NCBI GenBank assembly: GCA_964016885.1 | Contig: OZ024742.1 | Coordinates: 88,288,001 to 88,352,000 of the forward strand | Length of the DNA: 64,000 bases | Source of the DNA: Eledone cirrhosa | Taxonomy: Eukaryota | Reading direction: 5' to 3' | Part shown: one piece after another, positions 25,501 to 35,656 of the stretch | How the letters are laid out: each line of letters begins with the position of its first letter | Numbering within the stretch: the first letter of the stretch is position 1 | The notes under the pieces: model-generated | What the model saw: only the letters and a program-made list of their open reading frames with translations | What the model was told of the DNA's origin: nothing | Databases searched by the model: none | Program-made: the position numbers and the translations under genes

Positions 25501-27045
25501 AAGGGGAGAGCTTACCATCAATCACCTCCTCTTCATGGACGATCTTAAGCTCTTCGGGAAAAGTGAGAAGGAGTTGGATGTGCTTGTTGACACTGTCCGT
25601 ATTTTCAGCAGTGATATATGTATGCAGTTTGGTATTGGTAAATGTGGAGTCATTGTGATGAAGAGGGGTAGGTTGAGCAGAAGTAACGGGATCCAGATAC
25701 CAACAGGTGAGATGATAAAGGAAATTGACTCTGAGGAAGGATACAAGTATTTGGGCGTTCTGGAGGCTGATGGCATAAAGAACAAAAAAATGAAGGAATT
25801 GTTAAGAACTGAATACATTCGGAGAGTAAGGAGCGTATTGAAGTCACATCTGAACAGCAGAAATGCCATAAGCGCAGTAAATTCCCGAGCTGTGTCTATT
25901 ATTAGGTACAGTGCGGGAATTCTGAGATGGAATGTTGCTGAACAGAAAGAAATGGATAGGAAGACTAGGAAGCTATTGACTATCTACAACATGTTCCACA
26001 AGAGGAGTGATGTCGATAGACTCTACCTAAGGAGATCTGAGGGTGGAAGAGGTCTTATCAGCATAGAGGACTGTGTTCAGATGGAGAAAAACAACCTATA
26101 CAAATACGTGACCTATAGTAAGGAGCCAATGCTCAGAGCTGTACTGAAGGAGGGGACAGTAGGCCAGGGGATGTCCAGGGAGGAAATAACATCAAGGAGG
26201 AAGAGCAGCCTTAAGGGAAAACCCCTTCATAGTACCTTCTTTGAGAAAACTGAATTTAGAGATCCACAGACATGGAACTGGTTGAGAAGAGGAGACCTCA
26301 AAAAGGCCACAGAAGGAATGCTAATGGCTGCGCAGGAGCAGGCCCTCAAAACGAAGTGGTTGACGCACCATATCTACAAGGAGGAGGCCAGCCCACTGTG
26401 CAGGATCTGTGGAGAGAGAGAGGAGACTGTGGCTCACATTGTGTCCGAGTGTAAACACCTAGCCCAGACCCACTATAAGGGCTGGAGACACGATGTGATG
26501 GGCAGGGTGATCCACTGGCACCTGTGCAAAGTAAACAATCTACCACATTCTGAGAAATGGTATGAGCATAGGCCAGAGGCGGTGATGGAGAACAATCAGG
26601 TGAAGGTGCTGTGGGATTTTAGGATACAGACGGACAAAAAACTGGAACACAATAGACCTGACCTGGTGGTTGTGGACAAAGAAAAAAGATCGTGCCTGAT
26701 TGTGGATGTGGCCTGCCCGTTCGACACGAGAGTGCAAGAGAAAGAGAGGGAGAAAATTAACCGATACCAGGACTTAAAGTGGGAGGTGAAAAGGATTTGG
26801 AACTGCCATGAAGTCAAAGTGATCCCGATTGTCATAGGCGCACTGGGGACTATCTCCAAAAGTTTCCAGGGATGGTTAAAGAAAATCGGCCCCTTCACGC
26901 TTTTTGGAACGCTTCAAAAGGCATGCTTGCTTGGAACAGCAAGAACCCTCCGATACGTCCTGAATATCTGAGGCTGCAGGTAGTGGCTTGACATTCAATC
27001 CAACGGACTTTCCAGTTAACCAACATCAATGACTGAGATTCAAGG
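22526..27045 (+). mobile_element. R4/Dong family A, apparently full-length and youngest copy
   Basis: About 1.05-kb leader, ORF, 74-nt 3'UTR, and (TAA)n on both sides. Confidence 0.93.
23789..26971 (+). CDS. R4-clade RT-RLE polyprotein (1060 aa; N-terminal ~70-80 aa detached by a 20-nt deletion)
   Basis: [85 protein letters not shown]...IVDVACP...KINRY (PD-(D/E)xK endonuclease). Confidence 0.93.
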   Translation: MHNIWNEIGLFKLDEQKLAGQARVIRTNGWISELGLEELSRENGLEMAGVVCQTSEPVGNEGEEVLRTEEPPEADNDLSTEINNTWNRDTATEEMNADGLGQDSVDILNLVVDELNNVSGRPMNLRFVDRKKLKETTAKVNKVIPYLEARSLHQCNNILRATANTVRKLLGIKARGNNRQERAEPWWKKRLSGQIGEMRNDIGKLESLLNGTLKNIGTKNRLEIKYKTRSKKLNIIIEELKQRIVAKSAKIRRYENRVSQYKQNRMFDNNQKMLFGQLEGKERGNDLIPGAEQTKTFWRGIWEEDVRHNAQAGWIETVQREIGEQAQQQTDLSITVETLKGQAKKLTNWKSPGPDGVQGYWIKHLTSLHPKLTAMFNDCLVSGEVPEWLTKGTTVLIMKDRIKGNDATNYRPITCLPVMWKLLTSIVSEEIYHHLHTNNLLPDEQKGCRKKSRGTKDQLLIDKMVMGNWRRRHTDLAMGWIDYRKAFDMVPHSWITKSLEIFRVADNIRQLLGRSMGSWETELTSTGVSLGSVKIKRGIFQGDSLSPLLFVLALMPLTIMLRKVRAGYKLGRGELTINHLLFMDDLKLFGKSEKELDVLVDTVRIFSSDICMQFGIGKCGVIVMKRGRLSRSNGIQIPTGEMIKEIDSEEGYKYLGVLEADGIKNKKMKELLRTEYIRRVRSVLKSHLNSRNAISAVNSRAVSIIRYSAGILRWNVAEQKEMDRKTRKLLTIYNMFHKRSDVDRLYLRRSEGGRGLISIEDCVQMEKNNLYKYVTYSKEPMLRAVLKEGTVGQGMSREEITSRRKSSLKGKPLHSTFFEKTEFRDPQTWNWLRRGDLKKATEGMLMAAQEQALKTKWLTHHIYKEEASPLCRICGEREETVAHIVSECKHLAQTHYKGWRHDVMGRVIHWHLCKVNNLPHSEKWYEHRPEAVMENNQVKVLWDFRIQTDKKLEHNRPDLVVVDKEKRSCLIVDVACPFDTRVQEKEREKINRYQDLKWEVKRIWNCHEVKVIPIVIGALGTISKSFQGWLKKIGPFTLFGTLQKACLLGTARTLRYVLNI

Positions 27046-27057
27046 AATAACAATAAC

Positions 27058-27095
<38 letters not shown>
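27046..27095 (+). repeat. (TAA)n tail
   Basis: Read directly. Confidence 0.98.
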
Positions 27096-27097
<2 letters not shown>

Positions 27098-27735
27098 GTT
27101 TCTGATTTAGTACAAATGATGCATAAATCACCGAATCAAGTCTCATAAAAATTCGGATCCATAATATATTGTTATTTCGCTCAAATATTCAATTTTGTAT
27201 TATATATTTTATATTCAAAAAAGAAAATGGTTATAAATGGAAGAAAATCCCCTCTGTCTACACTATATAGAACAGCCAAATAACAGCAATTTCACCAACA
27301 ACAGAAACTAGATACACCACTTATCCCATAACCCCGCTGTGTACAGCCAGATACCGACAATTTCACCACCACCACCACCAATCCCAGCATCATAATAATA
27401 ATTACTATTATTATTGTCTCAAGTTATAACAAAATGTTTAAATCCAATATTAAAGGAATATGTCAACACACATATTAAACATACGCGAAACTAACGCATA
27501 GATACTACAGATCAAACAAAACTAGTCTATTCAACAAAATTCAGTAACGACAGCGCCACCGCCGCCACTACTCCATCCATCATTGCTACAACTATCCCAT
27601 CACCGCCGCCACCACTCCTTCATTGCTACCACCACTATTCCCCTGTTAACTTAAGAAAGGGGAAGCTGGCGGTATCACTAGACAAGGGAGAGGCTAGCAA
27701 AATATATAAATAGATTGACTTAGTGACCTGGCCAC
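27096..27735 (+). repeat. Copy of the Dong A leader module located upstream of Dong B
   Basis: Colinear with 18031-18645, then with 19043-19086 (aatatataaatagattgact...gacc). Confidence 0.85.
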
Positions 27736-27867
27736 CGGCCAAAGGGCAACATCTATGGAACTGCTGGCTCCCCCCTTCCTCACCAACAATATAAAAGCCC
27801 CAGCACCACCACCGACATAGCCAACAACAATAACAGGCAACTTCAGCAAAAAGTATATTATATTATT

Positions 27868-27925
27868 GTAATGCACTGGGTGATTGCTGGCCTTGTGCCT
27901 GGAGTGGAGACAATTATTATTATTA
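27868..27925 (+). mobile_element. SINE family 1 3'-end stub with (ATT)n tail
   Basis: gtaatgcactgggtgattgctggccttgtgcc...gacaattattattatt resembles 8223-8272. Confidence 0.65.
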
Positions 27926-27989
27926 ATAATTTCATTCTTAAGCCACGCAATGCTCACATTAAGGAACCACTCATGATAATAACAATTTA

Positions 27990-30900
27990 AAAAAACAACA
28001 AAAAAGAAAACCTCGTGACCAAGAAATATCGCGATGGCGGCCGCCGGGGAATAGCCGTGTCTCTAGGGGAGAACGACCCCCTAGTCTTGGTTGACACTTG
28101 TTCTAGAAGTGGTAACACGAAATGATTACCCCTTGGCGGATAAGGATAAAACGCGACAAAATAAAGTAAATGTCTAATGATAAAATCTCATACCGGATCG
28201 GCCGTCACCCGGAAAAAAAAGGGCCGCGTCCTTCAGAGAGGAACCAGATTTGGGTCGAAAAATCAGCTAATGGTTCAAACATTCCCATCACTTCGGAGCT
28301 GGAGACCTCCCATAACCGGAATACTCCTACTGTTGGCCCTCCATGCTCACCACCAAGAAATCCAAAGAAAAAGAGAGAAAAATGGTCAAGGGAAGATAAT
28401 AAAGAAGTCCTTGAGGCTTTCTACACTGCCATGTACTACCCCTCAAATACATCGAATACAGAACAGACATATATCAACTGGAAAAATAAACATCCCGAAA
28501 ACAGAGGCTATATTGACAGTAACAAACTAGCCAATATACGAAGAAATATTGTAAAAAAAAAGTTACTAACTGATATAGAAATTGATCAGATCAAGCTATT
28601 AGCACAACGTAAACGAAGGGAAAATGAAACATGTGTCAGTGAAAACGACGTAAATTGTAACACTTCGAATCCCAGGGTTGGGGCGGAATCACTGGCAACA
28701 GAACAAATTAAAGAAAGGATCGAAAAAGTGGAGGGAGTGCATGCTCAAGATGAAACTCCAAATCAAAATAATGAGATCCTTAATGATGAAGAAATGAATG
28801 AGAATGACCTTGCCAACTTGAAGGATGAAATTATGATCGAATGGATGAAAATGAAATAATCTGACATGGGGCAACGAGACACCCTCCCTAAGATCCAGAA
28901 CTCAAAACAGAACCAAAAGATCATACACAAGACTAACATAATTTTCAAAAACATTATCATCACAAACAAACTAAACATTACTGATTTAAATCATCTCTAT
29001 TATGCATCGGCTAAAGTCACCACTCACTTATGTGGAGAGAAGATGAAAAAACAAAGGAATTCCCATAAGAAATCTACTTGGCAAGAGAACATCAATCGCC
29101 AAATAAACCTTCTCCGATCTGACATAGAAATGTTAACAGACTATAAAGTAGGTGAACATGTTAAACAAACTAAACTTAGAAAATTGAAGAGAAAGTATAG
29201 TATAAAATCAACAAGTGACATAGACATGCTGATAGAAATAATCAAGCAAAAAGTGTCGGCCAAAGCTGCTCGTATAAGGCGCTTTGAAAAACGATCTAGA
29301 TTCTATAAGGACAATAATATGTTCAAAAACAACCAAAGAAACTTCTACAGAAAAATTGGTAAGTCAACAATAACTGCTAAATCAATACCACCCAAGGAGG
29401 AAGTGCAAGAATTCTGGGAAAAGATCTGGGCCGAAGAAAAAGTTCATTGGATAGACAGACAAATAAAAGATACAGCTCACCTTGAGGAACAAACATGGGA
29501 AAATATAACAGTTGAACAGTTGCGCTTGGCTCTAAGAAAAACCAGCAAATGGAAATCCACAGGAAAAGACAAAATACAAAATATTTGGATAAATGCCTTC
29601 GCAGAGTCTCATGAGCAGTTAGCCCAACTTTACAATGAAATAGTTCAGGTGCCAGAAAAGATACCATCATGGCTAGTTAACGGCATTACATTCCTGCTTC
29701 CAAAGAATGATGAGACAAACAATCCCAAAAATTACAGACCGATAACTTGCTTAACCACAATGTATAACATTTTAACATCAGTCCTAACTGAATACACATA
29801 TGACCACCTGATAACAAATGACCTATTTCCCATTGAGCAGAAAGGGTGTAAACGAGGCTTATATGGCTGTAAAGATCAGCTTTTGGTTAACAAAATGATA
29901 CTGGAAGATTGTCATAACAGACACAAAAATCTATCAATTGCTTGGATAGATTATAAAAAAGCATTCGATAGTTTGCCACACAGTTGGATTGTCAAATGTT
30001 TAGAGATTTTCAAAATATCCCCCGTTGTCAGGAGGTTTTTGTCATTCAGTATGAAGACATTGAAAACGACACTCCTTTTGAATAGTGAAACAAAATCACT
30101 GGAAGCTGGAGAAGTTAATATTAATTGTGGAATTTTTCAGGGTGACTCTTTATCACCGCTTTTATTCTGCATCGCATTTATACCATTAAGTAAAATGGTC
30201 AATGAAACAAAACATGGATATAGAGTCTATGACAAACCATTAATCACTTGTTCTACATGGATGACCTGAAACTATTTGCAAAAAATGATGAACAATTGCA
30301 AGAGCTATTATCCACTGTGGGGCAGTTCTGTGATGACATTAAAATGGAGTTTGGACTAGATAAATGCGCCAAAGCAACGTTCACCAGAGGAAAGCTGCTG
30401 AAGAGTTCAGACATTAATCTTCATCGGGGGAACGTGATAAGAGAACTTGATCAAGAAAAAACTTACATATATCTAGGTGTTTGTGAAGGAGACGGAATCA
30501 AGCACTCGACAATGAGGGAAAGGTTAAGGAGAAGAGTAGGAGCAATCTTAAGAACGGAATTGAATGCAAGGAATAGGTTCGATGCCATAAACACGCTTGC
30601 CATACCAGTAGTAACCTACAATTACAATGTCATCAACTGGTCAAGCACATAGATCCGTAGGCTCGATACAAAAATTCGAAAATTCTTAACCATGCACAGA
30701 ATGCATCACCCTAAGGCAGATATAGATAGAATATATCTCCCTAGGAAAGAAGGAGGACGTGGGTTAGTCCAGTTAGACATTGCGTTGAAAACTGCAACAA
30801 TTGGATTATCTACATATCTAAGGGAATCACATGATTGGATGATCAAACTCGTTTTGAAACACGAAAGCATCAAAAGATCATATTCCATTTCAAAAGATGC

Positions 30901-31935
30901 ACAAAGATACAGTAATGGACTACGAATTTCAGAAGACCCATTTACTGCTGAAATGGAAAACACAGAAAAAGCAAAGCAGGTAAAAGTAACTGCAAAGAAA
31001 GAACTGCTACAGAAACTGGCTAAGAAATGTCAAGAAAAGCCTCTGTATGGAAAATACCCAGAGCGAGCTAACAATCCTGATGTTGACAAAACTTTAACCC
31101 ATCATTGGTTGGCATCCTCTGGACTGAAATCGGAGACTGAAGGACTGATTATATCAGCACAAGATCAGTGTCTGCCAACAAAAAATTACCAAGCCAACAT
31201 AATAAAAAATGGATGCAGCCCATTATGCCGTGTATGCAAAAAACAACCAGAGACCATTGACCATATAATTTCAATGTGTAGTCCTATAGCTCCAACCGAA
31301 TACCTAAACAGGCATGACAGAGCTGCACAATACATACATTGGATAATGTGTAATCATTTTGACCTGCCCCATCAAAAGTATTGGTGGGAGCATCAACCAC
31401 CTCCCATACTTGAAAAAGATCACATCTCAATCTTGTGGAACTTTAGCATCCAAACAGACCGAAAAATAGATGCAAATAGACCTGATATAATATTGAAGGA
31501 CTTTAAAAAGAGGGTATGCCTGCTAATTGATATGTCCGTTCCAATAGACAAGAATGTATCTATAAAAACTTTTGAAAAATTGAGCAAGTATAATGATCTG
31601 GATATAGAAATTGGAAACATGTGGAAATTGAGAACTAAAACAATACCAGTGGTTGTAGGCGCTCTGGGAATGATACATAAGGGGTCTAATGATTACTTAT
31701 CGCAAATCCCAGGAAACCCGCGTATAGGAGAAATACAAAAGATAGTACTAATGGGATCTGCCCATATACTAAGGAAGATTCTGTCAATATAAGTACATCA
31801 AAAGTCTAAACACTAAAGATGCATGTGTGAGTATGTATGTTCTTTCTTGAACATGGCGGACATTGTGGTCTCTTGAGGTCACTGGTTGTGACTTGGTGAT
31901 AACTCGTATGAACATAAAGCAAGATAAATGCAACT

Positions 31936-31936
<1 letters not shown>
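27990..31936 (+). mobile_element. R4/Dong family B, near full length, inactivated
   Basis: ORF pieces 28170-28859, 28866-30269, 30248-30652 and 30692-31792: [46 protein letters not shown]...LIDMSVP. Ends in (TAA)n. 5' boundary approximate. Confidence 0.92.
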
Positions 31937-31971
<35 letters not shown>

Positions 31972-31979
31972 TAATAATG

Positions 31980-32022
<43 letters not shown>
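31937..32022 (+). repeat. (TAA)n tail/spacer
   Basis: Read directly. Confidence 0.98.
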
Positions 32023-35000
32023 GGGCCAAGTGGAATGGCGGATCCACAGATGGATATGTAACCATACATTCGCCAATCCTCGATAAGAGTGTTTAAATAT
32101 CGAAAATAAACAGTTCGAATAACGGTGAAATTGAGACTAGAGCGTCATGTGACAGACTCTCACCCAACAGGTGCCCCCTGGCTCAGCAGCAGGAACCTGA
32201 CTGTCAACCAAATACTGCTGATGTTGGAGGAAGGAGAAGAAGGAAAGGGGCCAGAACCAACTGGACGAAACGAATTGAATAGAACTGTTATGCAATGTTA
32301 CCTGAAAAGTAACCCCAAGGAGAGGGGCTACAGGAGACGGATGCATAACATCTGGAACGAGATTGGTTTATTTAAATTAGATGAACAAAAATTGGCCGGG
32401 CAGGCTCGGGTAATAAGAACTAATGGATGGATAAGCGAGCTGGAACTGGAGGAACTGAGCAGAGAGAATGGCTTGGAGATGGCGGGTGTAGTATGCCAGA
32501 CAAGCGAGCCAGTGGGAAATGAAGGTGAAGAGGTCCTGAGAACGGAGGAACCACCCGAAGCAGACAATGATCTGAATACTGAGATAAATAATACCTGGAA
32601 CAGAGATACGGCCACTGAGGAGATGAATGCTGACGGGCTAGGACAAGATTTGGTTGATATCCTAAACTTAGTGGTAGACGAATTGAACAATGATAGTGGG
32701 AGACATATGAACCTAAGATTTGTAGACAGGAAAAAGTTAAAAGAAACAACAGCTAAGGTAAACAAAGTCATCCCATACCTTGAGGCGAGGAGCCTTCACC
32801 AGTGCAACAATATCCTCAAAGCAACAGCAAATACGGTGAGGAAACTACTTGGTATAAAAGCGAGAGGAAACAACAGACAAGAAAGAGCAGAGCCGTGGTG
32901 GAAGAAACGACTGAGTGGGCAAATCGGGGAAATGAGAAATGACATAGGAAAGCTTGAGTCACTACTGAATGGGACACTAAAAAACATAGGCACTAAAAAT
33001 AGACTGGAAATAAAATACAAAACTAGGAGGAAAACGCTAAATATTTTCATAGAGGAACTGAAGCAACGCATTGTAGCAAAGAGTCCAACAATCAGGCGAT
33101 ACGAGAACAGAATCAGTCAGTATAAACATAACCGCATGTTCGACAACAACCAGAAGATGCTGTTTGGACAGCTTGAGGGAAAGGAAAGAGGCAACGACTT
33201 GATCCCTGGGGCTGAGCAAACTAAAACATTCTGGAGAGGAATATGGGAGCAGGATGTTAGACACAATGCCCAGGCAGGGTGGATTGAGACAGTACAGAGG
33301 GAGATCGGTGAGCAGGCACAACAACAAACTGATTTGAGTATCACAGTTGAAACTCTTAAGGGGCAGGCCAAAAAACTAACCAACTGGAAATCACCAGGCC
33401 CAGATGGTGTGCAGGGGTATTGGATTAAACATTTAACATCCCTCCACCCGAAGCTGACGGCCATGTTCAATGACTGCTTGGTGTCGGTGAGGTGCCAGAG
33501 TGGTTGACAAAAGGTACCACAGTTCTGATAATGAAAGACCGAATCAAGGGTAATGATGTTACCAACTATAGACCTATCACATGTCTGTCCGTAATGTGGA
33601 AACTGTTGACGAGCATTGTGTCTGAGGAAATCTACCATCACCTCCACACAAACAACTTGTTACCGGACGAACAGAAAGGATGCCGAAAGAAGTCACGTGG
33701 TACAAAGGACCAGTTACTTATTGATAAGATGGTAATGGGGAATTGCAGGAGGAGACACACTGATCTTGCCATGGGATGGATAGACTACAGAAAGGCATTT
33801 GACATGGTGCCTCATTCCTGGATCACCAAAAGCCTGGAGATCTTCAGGGTGGCAGATAACATCAGGCAGTTGCTAGGCAGGAGTATGGGGTCCTGGGAGA
33901 CAGAGTTGACATCAACTGGAGTATCCTTGGGAAGCGTGAAGATCAAGAGAGGTATCTTCCAGGGAGATAGCCTGTCCCCTCTGTTGTTTGTCCTTGCCCT
34001 GATGCCCTTGACCATTATGCTGCGAAAAGTGAGAGCAGGATACAAGTTGGGAAGGGGAGAGCTTACCATCAATCACCTCCTCTTCATGGACGATCTTAAG
34101 CTCTTCGGGAAAAGTGAGAAGGAGTTGGATGTGCTTGTTGACACTGTCCGTATTTTCAGCAGTGATATATGTATGCAGTTTGGTATTGGTAAATGTGGAG
34201 TCATTGTGATGAAGAGGGGTAGGTTGAGCAGAAGTAACGGGATCCAGATACCAACAGGTGAGATGATAAAGGAAATTGACTCTGAGGAAGGATACAATTA
34301 TTTGGGCGTTCTGGAGGCTGATGGCATAAAGAACAAAAAAATGAAGGAATTGTTAAGAACTGAATACATTCGGAGAGTAAGGAGCGTATTGAAGTCACAT
34401 CTGAACAGCAGAAATGCCATAAGCGCAGTAAATTCCCGAGCTGTGTCTATTATTAGGTACAGTGCGGGAATTCTGAGATGGAATGTTGCTGAACAAAAAG
34501 AAATGGATAGGAAGACTAGGAAGCTATTGACTATCTACAACATGTTCCACAAGAGGAGTGATGTCGATAGACTCTACCTAAGGAGATCTGAGGGTGGAAG
34601 AGGTCTTATCAGCATAGAGGACTGTGTTCAGATGGAGAAAAACAACCTATACAAATACGTGACCTATAGTAAGGAGCCAATGCTCAGAACTGTACTGAAG
34701 GAGGGGACAGTAGGCCAGGGGATGTCCAAGGAGGAAATAACATCAAGGAGGAAGAGCAGCCTTAATGGAAAATCCCTTCATAGTACCTTCTTTGAGAAAA
34801 CTGAATTTAGAGATCCACAGACATGGAAATGGTTGAGAACAGGAGACCTCAAAAAGGCTACAGAAGGAATGCTAATGGCTGCGCAGGAGCAGGCCCTCAA
34901 AACGAAGTGGTTGAAGCACCATATCTACAAGGAGGAGGCTAGCCCACTGTGCAGGATCTTTGGAGAGACAGAGGAGACTGTGGCTCACATTGTGTCCGAG

Positions 35001-35596
35001 TGTAAACACCTAGCCCAGACCCACTATAAGGGCTGGAGACACGATGTGATGGGCAGGGTGATCCACTGGCACCTGTGCAAAGTAAACAATTTACCACATT
35101 CTGAGAAATAGTATGAGCATAGGCCAGAGGCGGTGATGGAGAACAATCAGGTGAAGGTGCTGTGGGATTTTAGGATACAGACGGACAAAAAACTGGAACA
35201 CAATAGATCTGACCTGGTGGTTGTGGACAAAGAAAAAAGATCGTGTCTGATTGTGGATGTGGCCTGCCCGTTCGACACGAGAGTGCAAGAGAAGGAGAGG
35301 GAGAAAATTAACCGATACCAGGACCTAAAGTGGGAGGTGAAAAGGATTTGGAACTGCCATGAAGTTAAAGTGATCCCGATTGTCATAGGCGCACTGGGGA
35401 ATATCTCCAAAAGTTTCCAGGGATGGTTAAAGAAAATCGGCCCCTTCACGCTTTTTGGAACGCTTCAAAAGGCATGCTTGCTTGGAACAGCAAGAACCCT
35501 CCGATACGTCCTGAATATCTGAGGCTGCAGGTAGTGGCTTGATATTCAATCCAACGGACTTTCCAGTTAACCAACATCAATGACTGAGATTCAAGG
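32023..35596 (+). mobile_element. R4/Dong family A, leader truncated, few lesions
   Basis: Nearly identical to 23491-27045. Lesions include a 1-nt deletion near 33487 (GGG->GG) and TGG->TAG at 35109-35111. Confidence 0.93.
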
Positions 35597-35605
35597 AATA
35601 ACAAC

Positions 35606-35652
<47 letters not shown>
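35597..35652 (+). repeat. (TAA)n tail/spacer
   Basis: Read directly. Confidence 0.98.

Positions 35653-35656
<4 letters not shown>

Noticed and set aside
24244-25869. Recurrent antisense ORFs inside Dong and Tx1 copies
   Set aside because: They are shadows of the sense ORF and recur only because the elements are repeated. No recognisable motifs.
23789-26971. RT ORFs as a prokaryotic retron, DGR or group II intron system
   Set aside because: The domain order (RT, CCHC, RLE; or APE, RT), the 3' tails, SINEs and microsatellites all indicate eukaryotic non-LTR retrotransposons.
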